Assembly: GCA_050575255.1 (NCBI GenBank) | Contig: JBNZDD010013725.1 | Coordinates: 10,370,221 to 10,434,220, forward strand | Origin: Harriotta raleighana | Taxonomy: Eukaryota | Direction of reading: 5' to 3' | Length of the DNA: 64,000 nt | In this document: positions 26,805 through 40,105 of the stretch, one piece after another | Layout: every line of letters starts with the position of its first letter | Numbering within the stretch: position 1 is the stretch's first letter | Notes under the pieces: generated by a model | Database searches by the model: none | The model's input: the letters and a program-made list of their open reading frames with translations, nothing else | Told to the model about the DNA's origin: nothing | Program-made: the position numbers and the translations under genes

Positions 26805-29800
26805 CTGCAGCAAGCAGACGTACAATTATACAATCACAAAACCACATTTTGGCACATTCAGAGAGCAATCTGCAAATTGCAGTGACACCTAGACTGGTGA
26901 GATGGTAAAGAAGCATATTAGAATGTTATAATGCTCTGGTCAACTTTTAAAAATAAATCGCAGGACTTCTCTGGTTAAAATAATAATAAGATTTAATCTG
27001 ATCGCCTGCTGATAATTCAGCCAAATTCTCAATTCGAGAATTTTCCCCCAGACTCCTGCTGTTTAAAGAATGTTCTCAACACAGATCTTGTTGGCTGATC
27101 TTCAATTCATCAATTTTATAAGCTGAAAGAAACGTGATACGAATGCTTCAAACCACAAAATGGGCTGTACTTTTTTCCAAAAAAACTGAAAATTATTTTG
27201 GGACAGCTTCAATCCTGTAACCATGAATCACAGTTTCATGCAAGATTATCTTGAGGAATTTTCAAAGCCACATTTACCCAAATTATGCAGGGTCAGTGAT
27301 TCTATTGCACAACATTGAGGAACTTCCATATGCATTTGAGTTTTTTTTAAATAATAGGGTTAGATGTCATGTATCCCGGCATTAGTAGCTGTAAGTAGGA
27401 TTTTGCAACCACTCATCACCCACTGCCCAATTCATTAAGTATCCCAAACATGCTTCTCTACCTGAGAAAAATAAATGTGAGAGGTAAATAATTCATCAAG
27501 GTGAATAACTCTTTCATCAACTGCCACTAATCTTAGATATTAATAGTAGAAACCTACAGGACCACCTGGCTGAGCACTGGTTCATTTACAGCACAAGCCT
27601 ACAGTTTTCCCACGCGTCTGACACTAAAAAAATCCCGCTTCCAGGTCATCTGTTTGCTGGTGTTGGCTTCCTGCAAGCTTCCAGAAAGCTTTATTTATCA
27701 GCATTTCCTGCAAACTATGCTTGTGCGCTAGAAACAAGAAACGAATGCTCCGATCACATAACGAGTAATCGGTTGGCACTAATTTTACTTACTGTGCAGG
27801 AAGTGACGCTGATTCTCTTGAATTTTATTTTGCTGAATTTTATTTTGAAAAATATCATTTGATTTCAGAGTATAAACCAGGGGGTTGCCAAATGAACATT
27901 GATGGTGCTTTCACATTATTAAATTCTACACAATTAAGTTTGAGGTTTTATTTTTAAATAATATCAATCTCAGCTCAAAGAACCCAGGCTTTTATTTGAA
28001 ACTCATTTTCATTACTAACACCATCTAGAATTCCAAACCCCGATGAATCATTTAAACTCTGAATTTCAGGTTACAAAGAAATAAATCTGATAAACTGATC
28101 CATCTCAAAAGGGAGAAATGTCTGATATAATCACCATGTAAAATATGGTAATCATATCCTAGTTTCAATCAAGTTACTTAGACAGTTAGATGAAATAGCT
28201 GAGAAAAAGCCTATGGGATAATTAAATGTTCACACCATATCATAGGCAATTTGTCCCACAACAGATGTATCTTCGCTGGATACAAGGTGATACCTGATTA
28301 CATATCATCCCAAGAATTTACAAAACTGGTATCACCAGCTCTCTCGTAGAGAACTGGGGAAGTCAGGGATGAGCATGTACCAAAATCAAACCAATTGAGC
28401 CAAATCAGTTTAACAATGTAATTTGTACACTGATTCAACCTAAATACTGGATTTTTTTTGTGGGTTGGTTGGGAACGTTGAGAGTCAACATTTGGTCAGC
28501 AGACAGCTCCCTGACGAGAAGAAGGAAGGATGAAGGCAATAGAAGGCGAGAGATCCCACATGGAGTATAGGCTTGCTGGAACGATTAGCATGTTGCCATG
28601 CTGTATCATTCTGCATAGCTCTATGTAGTTAAGGGTGGGTTATGAAGCCTCAATGAGGTAGTGTTTGCATCCCTTTAAGGATGGGTCAGAATAGATTTCT
28701 ATCCACTTGCAGGAGCACATAGCCTGGATGTCTTAGTTGCAGATATCAAGTACCACAATTTGACTTGCATCCTTGGGATGCATCATATTTGCTATCCAAA
28801 ATTTGAATTGGACCCAAACGCCCATTCCAAATGTCTGCAATAGTATTCGCCAAAGATTAAGAGTGTTCCCAACCCACCAAGAAGACTATATTCAATTCTT
28901 TGGCTTTGTCTCAGCCACAGTTCAGCTTTAAATCAATGAATTATGTTACAAGATTTTTTAATCATTTGATTATCGATCGTAAGGTTAGTGTTTGATTAAT
29001 GCCATGAGGTTTTTTTTTAAAATCCAAAAGACTTTCAGAATTCCTATTCAGTGAATGGTGGGAAAATGAAAATGTTGGGTTACAGAAGCAAAAGTTACCA
29101 CAGTGTGTACCTGCAGGAAAAACACAAGCGCGAGGGGCAAATAATCAATTCTCACTGGTGCCAACAACCAGTACCTAGAAACAGACAAAATAAGGTCATG
29201 TTTCTAATATTCAAGTGAAAAGACACACTTTAAGAACAGCCTTGGAAAGGTTTCATGGGACATGTATTATTACCAAAAGACTACTGCATTACTTGTTCGA
29301 GAATTCCTATATTATAATTCTTGCATTTGAATTCTTAGCTCCAAACTGCTCCATATTTGTGCGATGCACTGAGCTTGAGTTGACATCATTAAAATTTGAC
29401 TGGAGCTGATACCAGGTCAAGCATCTCTCTGCTGCTGTGAACAGAACAATTCTGCTGACAGCCCAGGAAGCGGTAACATCTCCTCTTTAATAACTAAAAA
29501 CATTGCCTTTTAATGTTGAAACAGCATTTTAGGCACTCTGCTTAAAGTCAGGGGGTTTCCTTCAAAACATTCACAGCAGCAATGAAAAACAACTGTGTAA
29601 ATAACTCAAAATGTTACTTCAAATATCTGCATCTCTTCGTCCACAAATTAACAGTCAATTCACTTTACAGTATATTCTGTAACATGCTTTGGGATGTCTC
29701 GAAGATGTGACAAAAGTGCTATATCAAATGCAAGGATTATTATTAGGATTATTATCTTTACATTTTATACCTTATAAGAAAAATATTTTGTGTTCATGAA

Positions 29801-30831
29801 AATGATTTTAGAATGGATCAATTTCTGCTCTGGTCAGGTATCTTTGAATGTTTTCCATTGAAGTTGGACTATTTTCCAGAAGGGATATGATACCTTTGTC
29901 CTTTGACAGGAATTTATAGGCACAAAGCCACCCCGCCCCCCCTCACCCCCCATCACATTTTGCTTACACACGCTAAGTTCTTACATTCAAAATTTGGTCA
30001 AAAGCTGTAAATATTTGTGAAATAATATTCGTTGACAGGATTACCCAGTGCAGTTAAAAGTACTGAGATTACAAGTGTAATTGAATAATAATAACCTTTG
30101 CATTTGAGGTATTGTCTTCGAGATGTCTCAAAGAGCTTCACAGAACATATTATAAAGTGATTTGACTGTATATTTTGTGGGAGAAACTTGGCAGCTAATT
30201 ACGCACAGTAGTGTCCCACAGAAAATCATGAATTGAGTAACCAAATTATTATTTGCAGAAGTAAATAAATCATATTAAAATAATATTTTTTTCTAAATTA
30301 TTTTTTATTTAATGTTTTTCCATTGAAGATAATTATCATAAATTATTATTTTTAGAAAATGTAATATCAATGTAATATATTGTACTAAGAAATTTGTCAC
30401 TATACAAATGTAATGTTGTTCATCAAAATAGTTCATATTAAATATTGACTATTCAAGTGTAATTAAACATTTCAGAATGATTCATTAATCAAATGAAGAG
30501 CTTGGGTATTTTCCTTCTAAACGTGTAGTTACAATTTAGTCCAAACAAATGGTGAACGTCATGGAGAATCATATTGGAGGTTATTGTGAACAAAGGATTG
30601 TACTTGTGTTTCAAATGACCACTTCTTTTAACACATTATTCCAAATCAACTCCGAATAGTACTTTTTTTTTGTCACAAAATGAGAAAGCAGAAGGGAAGA
30701 AATCACGAGTGTGCAAGCACAGGAAGAAAATAAACTTATGGCTGCATTCATAAATATTTCAGCCATAATCCTTGTGAAAGGGCATTGATCCCACCACCAA
30801 GCTTCGTGACACAAAATAAAGCAAAACTTAC

Positions 30832-30951
30832 AAATGTATCCTCATTTTGGTTACTGCTTTCTACTGGCATGCTTGTGGAACTGCTTCCTGTAGGCACAAC
30901 ACTGCTAGTGCTATGTATCAGCATGCTTTTATCCTGAGTGGGAGACATGCT
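30832..30951 (-). CDS. KIF13A: KIF13A exon (120 nt, symmetric, likely cassette)
   Basis: SMSPTQDKS..VVPTGSSSTSMPVESSNQNEDTF resembles human SMPPPQAH..IVPSGSNGSSMPVEHNS; ttgcag|AGC and TTT|gtaagt. Confidence 0.85.
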
Positions 30952-31908
30952 CTGCAATGGGCCAGACACACAACAAACAGCACAATGTCATACCACTGGT
31001 GAGTTAATCACTCTACAAAGCATGCAGTTAGTTGATGCAGACATAGTGCTGAGGTCACACGCATCAATCTTCCGTACACAAACACTGGTGGTTTACACAT
31101 CAAACAGCCAATTCAGGCAGAAAACGACACATGCAATTTTAATATAAAACAGTCGTTATACAGGTGATCATTACTGTTGGCTCTAAATAAAAATATATTA
31201 ATATTTATGATCAAAGTATTTTTGCGCATGCATTTTACATACAGATCACTATTTAAATCCATCATCCACTTTCTCTATCACCAGACAAGCTTTTTTTTTT
31301 TTGGGGGGGGAGGGGGGCGAGGTTAGGTGCTTATTACTGCATGCGCAGTAAAAAGGAGCCAGTGTTCACATCTGGCCATTTGGGCTGCTTTTCTGGTGCA
31401 GTTTGAATGATGAATATATTCAAATAGTACAGCTGCTACTGGTAACACATGGGACTTTACAGCTCCCTGGCCTATTGAGTTGTACTACATACTGCACTCA
31501 ACGGTGTGGTGTTCACATTTCTAATGAAGGAGTTCACTAAATTATTCTTATTATTGTCACCAATGATTAGTTAGGAGGTCAGAAAATGTGCCACTAATTT
31601 GGAGGATTATTTTTTTTTGTGCAATGAAGAATCCTGAAAGGACATTAGCATTCTCCTGTAGTCTGGTTTGTCTCAGCCCGGTGAACCATAAGACAGAGGA
31701 ATTCTCGTCAGTCAACCACGCTTCCTACTGACCAAGACGATTCATTGACAGAACCTGAGACCTCAAAGGTCTCACATGTTCCAGTTGTGGATGCAAGTGG
31801 CTGATTCAGAAAGCCTCAGAAGGAATGGGAACAAGCTCTGAATCCTCGAATCCGGGACAGAAGGAATCTTTTTGGAGAGTTTGGGATTCCCAATTTGGGA
31901 AAATTACT

Positions 31909-32301
31909 AAAATAATAATAATCCTTGCATTTGCTACAGCGCTTTTCACATCTTCTAGACGTCTCAAAGTGCTTCACAGAATATACTGCAAAGTGAATTG
32001 ACTGTATATTTGTGGGCGAAACGCGGCAGCCAATTCCACACAGCAGTGTCCCACAAACAAGTCATGGATTGAAATGACCAATTTTATTATTGTGGGTTTT
32101 TTTGGAGGGATTATTATTAGTCATGTGGAGTAAGGAAACTTGCCCAAGGTTTCGCCCTGACCTGAAGAGTGCCTTGGGACATTCTCCCAATTTGACAGGT
32201 GCTCTATAAATGTAATTTTGTTGTTGTTGACCTGCCTGGATTCAAACACAGGTCTCACGCTTGTAAGATGAGTGCTCTAACCACTGAGCTACAGGACTCC
32301 A
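31909..32301 (-). mobile_element. SINE with a short L2 3' end inserted into it
   Basis: Full SINE in reverse orientation; L2 tail at 32165-32227. Confidence 0.82.
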
Positions 32302-33122
32302 TAAATCATATGGGTGAGGTGAGGAAATGGAAAAAAAATAAAAGTGATTATAGTACTTTTCTTATCCTTTACGAGCATCCTTTATTCTCCAAACTAAATT
32401 ATTAAACGGATAAAATATTGTTGATCACATTCCAAATTTCCCACCCTCCTGCTCTGAGTCTTTCCATTCAACGGTGTTAAAAGATCATAGCTATCCAGAG
32501 ACCAGGGAAAAGGGACAGTCCGACTTTATTTTCAACTCCTGAGCCAGCCCTTGCATGCTGCTTCACAGAATATCAACCGAGATAAATTGGGACCCATTAT
32601 TAGCTGCACTCAAAACTCTGATCTCTTTGATTTTAGGTGTAGAACACATACAAATCAAGTCAATTTTGAGCTCTGCACCTTATATGACTGCTCTCATAGC
32701 AGGTTTCAGAAGGACGACCAGCTCATAATCAACCCTCCACCCAACTGTCCTCTTTAATGAGGTTTGCATTCAAACTCTCCTTTAATTACTATCACGAAGC
32801 AACAAAGGATTTTGTTTAATCTCCGAAGGCTGTTTTAATAGTGCAATAGTGCTTGGGGACAGAGCTCTTTATATATGGTAATGAGGAGAAAGTCACTGTG
32901 CAAATATAATTTTGTTATCGTTGTTGTTGTTGTAATGCATCAGGAGCAGTAATAGAGGCAGAAGACCTTGGGCCTAACCATTAAGCCATGGTCAAAACTG
33001 TTCTGAAATGTTGCAGATTGTTTCCGTAAAGGTGAGGTAAGCAGCTTTGTGTCAAACGGCTCTCCTCCTCTAAGGTGCAACATTGACTTGGGTGCTTCTC
33101 AGCAGAGTAAAGTGGGTTTTAC

Positions 33123-33274
33123 CTCATTTCCCAGGAGCGGCTTGGACTCAATGAGCTGCTTGCCTTTCCGTTCCTCTTTCACGGGCATTAATGATTTCAG
33201 GAACTTCGGTGGCTGAGGAGAAAAGGCTTTCAGGGGACTCCCCATGAACGAGTGAGGGCTTTCTGGTGTGGAAC
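33123..33274 (-). CDS. KIF13A: KIF13A exon
   Basis: STPESPHSFMGSPLKAFSPQPPKFLKSLMPVKEE matches human SPFKAFSPQPPKFFKPLMPVKEE; GT-AG, phase 1 to 0. Confidence 0.93.
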
Positions 33275-33907
33275 CTGAGGGTGGTGGGGGGAGAAACAGC
33301 ACATCTCAGAAAGACAAACAACTCATGATAAAACATTATCAAATATCCCCTTTAATAATTCTAACATTCAAACTCTTTAACTACAGATGTCTTCTATTTT
33401 TTTTCAGATATCTAGCATTTCAGGATCTTGCTCATCGTCTACCTATGATTTTAGTATTGCTTAGTCACTAAGATCACTAAGCAACAAAGCAGTTTTTAAA
33501 TGGTGAAGTTTTTTAAAAAAAAGATGTGGTCATTAGTTGGCTTGGTGACGGAGCTCATTACGTAAGATGGGAAAAAAAGGCAAGGGTAAACTTTCCTGCA
33601 TTAAGTAAACATTAACGAGAGCACTATCAGAGCAAAGAATGGCATCACCTCCTCCTATTCAATGCCGAACATTGGTATGATAAATATATTTATTGCCTTT
33701 CCCCCATTCCAATTCTCTCCTCCTGAAGGAGTTACAGGCAGCACCACAACCCATTATTGTTCATCCTTATACATTGTCCATGTGTGCACTTTCCAGCCAG
33801 GGTCTCTGGATATAGATTGTAGGCATGTTATTAATACACACACATTTCTCCCAATGCTTTTTCCTTTCCAATTACGACATTGCTGAACCACACAGCTCGA
33901 CAATTAC

Positions 33908-34019
33908 CTGCAGTATCCTTCACTCTGCGTGGGGAATCTTTTGGTAGGGTTGCATACCAGGAGCAATCCTGAGTATTAGACAGACAGTCAGAAATGTCGT
34001 GATGACTTTCCGAACGACC
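33908..34019 (-). CDS. KIF13A: KIF13A exon
   Basis: GRSESHHDISDCLSNTQDCSWYATLPKDSPRR resembles human GWPENQLDMSD..YGTLPRDSPRR; gtag|GGT and CAG|gtaatt; 112 nt. Confidence 0.9.
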
Positions 34020-34805
34020 CTACGACGAATAAATAAAGCAAAGCTGTTTTTGGATCATATTTGCAAAACTAGGTATGAATTATTAAACACATCTTGTAAC
34101 AAAAATGTCTTGTGATGACCTGAGTACACAATCTGTCACAACAGATACTGAAGGCATCCCGAAATGACATGGAAAGATGAATCAATATGTCAACCCTCGC
34201 CAGTGAAGTTGGTTTTGCTAATTTGACACCATCAAAGTTTACAACAAGTCAGAACACCAATGTTAAAGGGACAGGATTATGTTTTTTAGGCTTTAAAAGA
34301 CTTCTTAGATGAGATCTTACAGATATAGTGGAATTCCACTATAACACATTTATGATGAAATATACAGTCAATTCACTTTATACTGTAGTATATTCTGTGA
34401 AATGCTTTGAGACGACTTAAAGACATATATCAAATGCAAGAATTATTATTATTATTTCTTAAGTGGGTCTGTTTCTAGTTGGATTGGTTATGGTCCCTGA
34501 CATTTGATCTTCTATTTGATACACTCATCAATGCTTCAACATGCCCAAATAATCCAAATTGTGTGTTTCAGTTCCATTGGTGCTTCAAAAGCCTGGTGGC
34601 ATGCAGAAAATGACATCAAGTCCTACCCTCTGTGAAGACCACTGTATAAATTCAAGTTGTTGTTATTGGATGACATCCTGACCCAGAAGTCAGCCATTTA
34701 ATCTTTAATCTGCCAATCAGCTATTTGAAGCACCAACAGAGTGAATGGACACTGAATGTAGAAACAATGACCGACTATATTTACAATAAGTTTATAAAAA
34801 CACAC

Positions 34806-34856
34806 CCTGTACTCTTCATCCTCATATCCAGAGACATCTAATCGGCTACTGGAGAC
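34806..34856 (-). CDS. KIF13A: KIF13A exon
   Basis: VSSSRLDVSGYEDEEYR resembles human VSSSRPDLSGFDEDDK; ttgtag|GTC and AGG|gtgtgt; 51 nt. Confidence 0.9.
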
Positions 34857-34965
34857 CTACAAGAAGAGAAACCAAGAGATAAGATTAGCGATTGCTAATT
34901 AAATGTGTTTAATTCATAATCTACCTGGATATAAGGTCCAGCAGTACCATTGTAAACATATTATA

Positions 34966-35840
34966 CAGTAAAACCTCGTTTATCCTTGACTCGATGAACC
35001 GGAAAACCCGTTCAACCGCCACCTCCAAAAAAAGTCCCGATTCGATTAATCGTAAGTTATCCGACAAATAGTGATTGCGTTTAATGAATGGACTGTTACA
35101 AGCGAGTGCAGTACTTGCGAATGCAGTACTTGCAGTTGGTCACTAGGCATATCTAAACTGGTGAGACGTTCAGAGCCCTGGAGCAGCAGCCATTTTTACA
35201 GGTGAGAGAGGGACACACACAGATAGAGGGACACCCACACACAAATAGAGAGACAGACACAGATAGAGAGACACACACCCAGAGACACAGAGAGAGAGAG
35301 ACACACTCAGATACGGAGAGGGAGGGAGACACAGAGAGACAGAGACACACACAGACACAGAGAGAGAAAGAGGGGGAGAGAGAGAAAGAGACACAGACAG
35401 ACTTATGCACACAGACAAAGAGACAGAGACAGAGAGAGACACACACCTAGACACACAAGAGAGAGAGAGAAAGACACGCACACACACAGAGGGAGAGAGA
35501 GAGACAGAGAGAGAAAAAGTCGCGGTTCTTCTTACCTTGTTCGTTTTTATCTGTTAATGGAAACTCACGCACAGTGATGCTTGTCTAAGCATCACAACAC
35601 TGAAGTTGCTACATTGGTCAATTTGACCTAAAATAGGTTGGGTGAGGGCTGCGATTGCAAAGTTAAGTATAAATAAAAGTACTAATACAATATTCTGTTG
35701 TTATTTAGTCTATTATTAATATAGTATGTGTTAAAATATTTGTTTTTAATTTAAAAAAAAAAAAAATCAATTCAACCGGAAAAACGGTTTAACCGCCACT
35801 GGCCAGGTCCTGTGGGTGACGGATAAACAAGGTTTTACTG
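34966..35840. mobile_element. Tigger/pogo-like MITE with internal GA/CA microsatellite
   Basis: TA|cagtaaaacctcgtttatcc ... ggataaacaaggttttactg|TA; no transposase ORF. Confidence 0.85.
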
Positions 35841-36009
35841 TACTTGTAATATCCACTGGTTTTCACAAATGATTGCAGTTACATATAGAGTTAGATATGA
35901 TCCAAAATAAGTTCACAAAAACTCACACACAAAATTGTTACATGTACTGCATGAGTTAGATAAGGGTCATGGTCTTGGTTGGACTCCTTCAGGCAAGCTC
36001 GATACTGTG

Positions 36010-36286
36010 ATTATAAGAATAATACTTTCATTTGATATAGCGTTGTTCACGTCTTCTAGATGTCTCAAATGTCTCGAAATGTGGCAGCCAATTGTGCACA
36101 GCACTGTCCCACAAATATTGTGGATTGAAATGACCACATTATATTTTATTTTTTTATTTTGGAGGGATTGTTATGAGGTGTGTGGGAGTAAGGAAACTTG
36201 CCCAAGATTTTGTCTTGCCTGCAATTGAACCTAAGTCTCTCACTTGTGAGGCGAGTGCATTAACCACTGAGCTATAGGACTCCACA
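36010..36286 (-). mobile_element. SINE (same family)
   Basis: Homology to 102-417 in reverse orientation. Confidence 0.8.
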
Positions 36287-36359
36287 CTGATTGTGGATCA
36301 TATGACCTTCATAGTCTTTCTAAATACACTGCATAAAGAGACGTGTGCAATAGATTTGT

Positions 36360-37155
36360 CTAGACTGAGGCTCTCCCGATTGTCTTACGTCAGCACCTCT
36401 GTACCTCAGGCACTGTCAGCATCAGCATCCATAGCTGCACACTCCATTTCACAAAGCCAGTTAGGAACCTGGGTGTCTTATTTGACCCTGACTGTCGTTC
36501 CTCCCCTACATCAGTGCCATGAGCAGCACTGCCTTCCATCACCTCTGTAACATTGCCATACTTCGCCTCTGTCTCATCCCTCAAGCTGCCGAAAACCTGC
36601 CCTTACTGGCTCTTCCTCCACAAGTTGCAGATCATCCAGAACTCTGCAGCTCGTGTCCTCTCCTGCACTAAGCTCCATGACCACATCACTCACACCCTCA
36701 CCTGGCTCCATTGGCTTCCCATCCCCAGAGGATCAAATTCAAGATCCCCATCCTTACTTTCAAGGCCATTCACAGCCTTGCCCCTTCCTATCTCTCCGAC
36801 CTGCTGATTCCCTATCAACCTGCCCGACCCCTCTGTTTAGCAGGCTCCGGTCTGTTCCACATCTCCCACCAGACCCGCCCTACCATCAGTGGCTGGGATT
36901 TCCGCCCCTCTGCCCCCACACTTTGAAACTCCATCCCACAATCCCTTTGTCTCGCTTCCTTCTTTACCTCCTTCAAGGCTGGTCTCAAGATCCTCCTGTT
37001 CGATCTTGCCTTCTGTTGCCCTCCCACCTCTTTCCCTCACCTCCCCCCTATCCTGGTCCTCCCCCATGATTGGGTCCTGACCCCTGACTGTTCAGCGTCT
37101 TGGGACTTCCTCCCGACGTGAAAGGTGCTCTAAGAATGTAATTTTGTTGTTGTTG
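36360..37155 (+). mobile_element. L2 LINE 3' fragment
   Basis: HKLQIIQNSAARVLSCTKLHDHITHTLTWLHWLPIP / RIKFKI; ends in the family 3' tail with (TTG)n. Confidence 0.85.
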
Positions 37156-38889
37156 TCTGATTCGTCTAACACAATTTCATTCCAGAATAGTATAGAGCAC
37201 AATACACGTTTAAGATTTTGTTTAAGAACAACAGAATCTGCATTTTCGAAACAAACTATTGGTGGTTTAAGAACAGATATAATGCACACTATTTATATCA
37301 CTGTATTAATTCAGAAGGAATCGGATAGGGAGGATAGAAAAAGGTTTTGACTTGTAAAGGTTATAGGGCAGAGTAATTTATTTGGTCAGCTGCGTATCCG
37401 ATACATGAGTAAACCCATCACCACACTGAAGAGCAATCAAACCATGCCACCCACGCATGAAAATTTCTGTGTTTTGCAATAATAATAGTAATGATTATTA
37501 CAACAACAACTTGCATTTACCTAGCACCTCTCATACAAGGTAGCTTCCCCAAGTGCTTGTTATTATTATTAATAATGCAGTGTGAATGGCAGAGTAAGTG
37601 GAACTAATTTGAGGAGGGAAGCAGAACATGTCGGAAAGAGAGAGGCCACTGTTTCCACATTGCCTTCCCACCATTAACCTATTTCTAACTAATAATAATA
37701 ATAATCCTTATTTATATCGCGCTTTCCACATCTTATCGACGACTCAAAGCGCTTCACAGAATACAACAATGTCCCAGAGTAGGGACCAGAGCGGGGGGGG
37801 GGTCGGGTTAGGGAGAAGAGGGAAGAAAGGGGGGAAAAGATATAGGGACCAGAACAGGGGGAGNTCGGGTTAGGGAGAAGAGGGAAGAAAGGGGGGAAAA
37901 GATATAGGGACCAGAGCAGGGGGAGAGGGGTCGTGGAAGGGGGAAGGAGAGTAGGAAAATTGACTGTATATTTGTGGGTGAAACGCGGCAGCCAAATTGT
38001 GCACAGCAGTGTCCCACAAACAGTCATGGAAGTGGAGCCAGGGATAANCGGCAGCCAAATTGTGCACAGCAGTGTCCCACAAACAATCATGGAAGTGGAG
38101 CCAGGGATAAAAGGGGGGAAAGTGGGTAAGGGGAGGGGTCGGGGTAGAGGGAAGAGAGCAGGAAAACCGACTGTATATTTGTGGGTGAAACGTGGCAGCC
38201 AAACGCAGCAATCATCTGAAGCATTATCTCATCAATGCTTCAGATGAAGCAATGAAACCATGACCATCAAAGGTGAGACCATGAAACTTTGGGCTTCCAG
38301 TGTCTCTGCTGATTTTCTATTGTAATGTACATGTACACATGCTGATGTTAGGTATTGCCTTCCATACCTTTCACAGCAAACACCCTGGGATTGAGGTCTG
38401 CACACTCAAAACTGTCTCACTTTACTTCCAGCTGGTGTCTGTTCTCAATTTCTTCTGTTCCTTCAATCAAGTATCTTCAGGAACTAGGACATTTCAGTAG
38501 TAAACTTTGAAGGCAGGGCTTGCGGGGATGGGGGAGAGGGAAAGCATTCTCTCACCAAGTGACCGGCTAAACAACTTGGTAGGGCATGTTGTGAAGAAGG
38601 TTGGAGTAACATTGGATGGATTTTCATTTAATATACAAATTGTTTGCCTTGAGAAGCTTGAAACACTTGAGTTTTCTAACAAATTAAAGTAATCTATGCC
38701 ATTGTCAATGTGTTTGGGGTTTAAACATATGCAGCAGCAATCAATGGAGGAGCTGTTTCAGATTAGATATTTCAGGTAGAGGAAGTCAGCATCTTCCATT
38801 CATCCTTGCTTCCAGTTCTTGGATTCTTCCTTGAATAGTTCAGGTCTTAGCTTTCACACCAACTCCAACTTGTCTCCACCAATGGTTTC

Positions 38890-39350
38890 TCAGCGACCTC
38901 GCCATGACCAACTCGGCCTTCCCCCACCTCTGCAAAATCCTTGTTCTCACTTTCAACGCCCTTGATGGGTTTGCCCCGATCTACCTCTCTGACCTACTAA
39001 CCCTTATCACCCTGTTCTTTTCCTGCATTCAGCAGGCTCTGGCCTGGTCTGGGTCCCCCACCTGACCCTCCCTACCATCGGTAGCCAAGCTCTCAGCCTC
39101 TTTGCCCTCACCCTATAGAACTTCATCCCACAATCCCTTCACCTTTCTCCCTCCTTTGCCTCCTTCAAGGTGTGACTCAAAACCCTCCTTTTCATACCAT
39201 GTCTTCAGCCACCCTCCTACCTCTCTGCCTTCTTTAGCCCAAGCCTACTCCCTGCACTTGGGTCCTGATTCCTGACTGTTATAGAAACCATTGGTGAGAC
39301 ATCCTCCTGACGTGTAAAGGGCTTTCCAACTGTAATTTTATCATTGTTGT
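38890..39350 (+). mobile_element. L2 LINE 3' fragment
   Basis: Homologous to 36700-37155. Confidence 0.75.
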
Positions 39351-39414
39351 TCTGTACGCAACGCGCTTCCCATTGTTCTGTATACACATGGGACCTGCAT
39401 ATCGATGTCAAGCT

Positions 39415-39740
39415 TCACGTGGCTCAGTTGGCGACTCTCAACTCCAGATCAGAAGGGTGTGGGTTTAATCCCCATTTTAGAACTTATGATCACAGTCCAG
39501 ACTCTAATGCAGTTCTAAGGGAGAACTTGTCTTGTTAGGTACAGTATAATATTTTGGATATTAAACTGAGTTTCACTCTTCCAGTTCTTGTGGACTTTAA
39601 CGCTCCCATGGCAGTATTCAAGATGAGAAGGGAGTTTCTCTGAATATTTTAGCCAACAACAAAATACAAAACAAAATCTCTTTTTCACCTCACAGAAGTT
39701 TGTTATTGCAAATGGCTGCTATGTTCGTCTATGCTATATA
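39415..39740 (+). mobile_element. Old Deu-domain SINE (SacSINE1/AmnSINE-like)
   Basis: tRNA-like head (gtggctcagttgg...gggtttaatcccc) followed by ctcccatggcagtattcaagatgagaagggagtttctc...gccaaca, resembling the Deu domain as recalled; not aligned. Confidence 0.55.
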
Positions 39741-39741
39741 A

Positions 39742-40105
39742 TAACAATCCTTTCATTTGATATACCACCTTATCAAGTCTTCTAGATATTTTCAAAGCAC
39801 TTCACAGAATAACACGTAAAGTGAATTGACTCTATATTTTGTGGGCAAATTTTGTGGCAGTTAATTGTAAACAGTAGGATCCCATAAACAGCCATGGATT
39901 GAGTGACCAAATTATTATTTTCAAAGGATTATTACCCCCAGAAAAGCGATCCGCCAATTGACTAACAACCGGATTCCTATTTACTGTTAGGTAGACTGAG
40001 GCCTTGGAATAAGGAAACTTGCCCAACTTTTTGCCCTGCTGGGAATCAAACCCAGGTCCTCTTGCTTCGAGGCGAGTACTCTAATCACTAAACTAGAGGA
40101 CCCCA
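39742..40105 (-). mobile_element. SINE (related subfamily with longer core)
   Basis: Reverse-orientation tail, core and tRNA-like head; a similar copy lies at 55385-55742. Confidence 0.75.

Noticed and set aside
35153-35540. ORFs of 82-105 aa and a strong minus-strand donor (AAG|gtaaga near 35535)
   Set aside because: Microsatellite translations inside a MITE; no matching acceptor or coding signal.
37800-38110. Two short direct duplications resembling a repeat array
   Set aside because: Each is joined by a single 'n' (37864, 38048) within SINE/L2-derived sequence; artefact, not a CRISPR-like or functional array.
38280-38880. Unique-looking intronic stretch checked for pol remnants or extra exons
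   Set aside because: Only short ORFs with no RT, integrase or KIF13 similarity that I can recognise.
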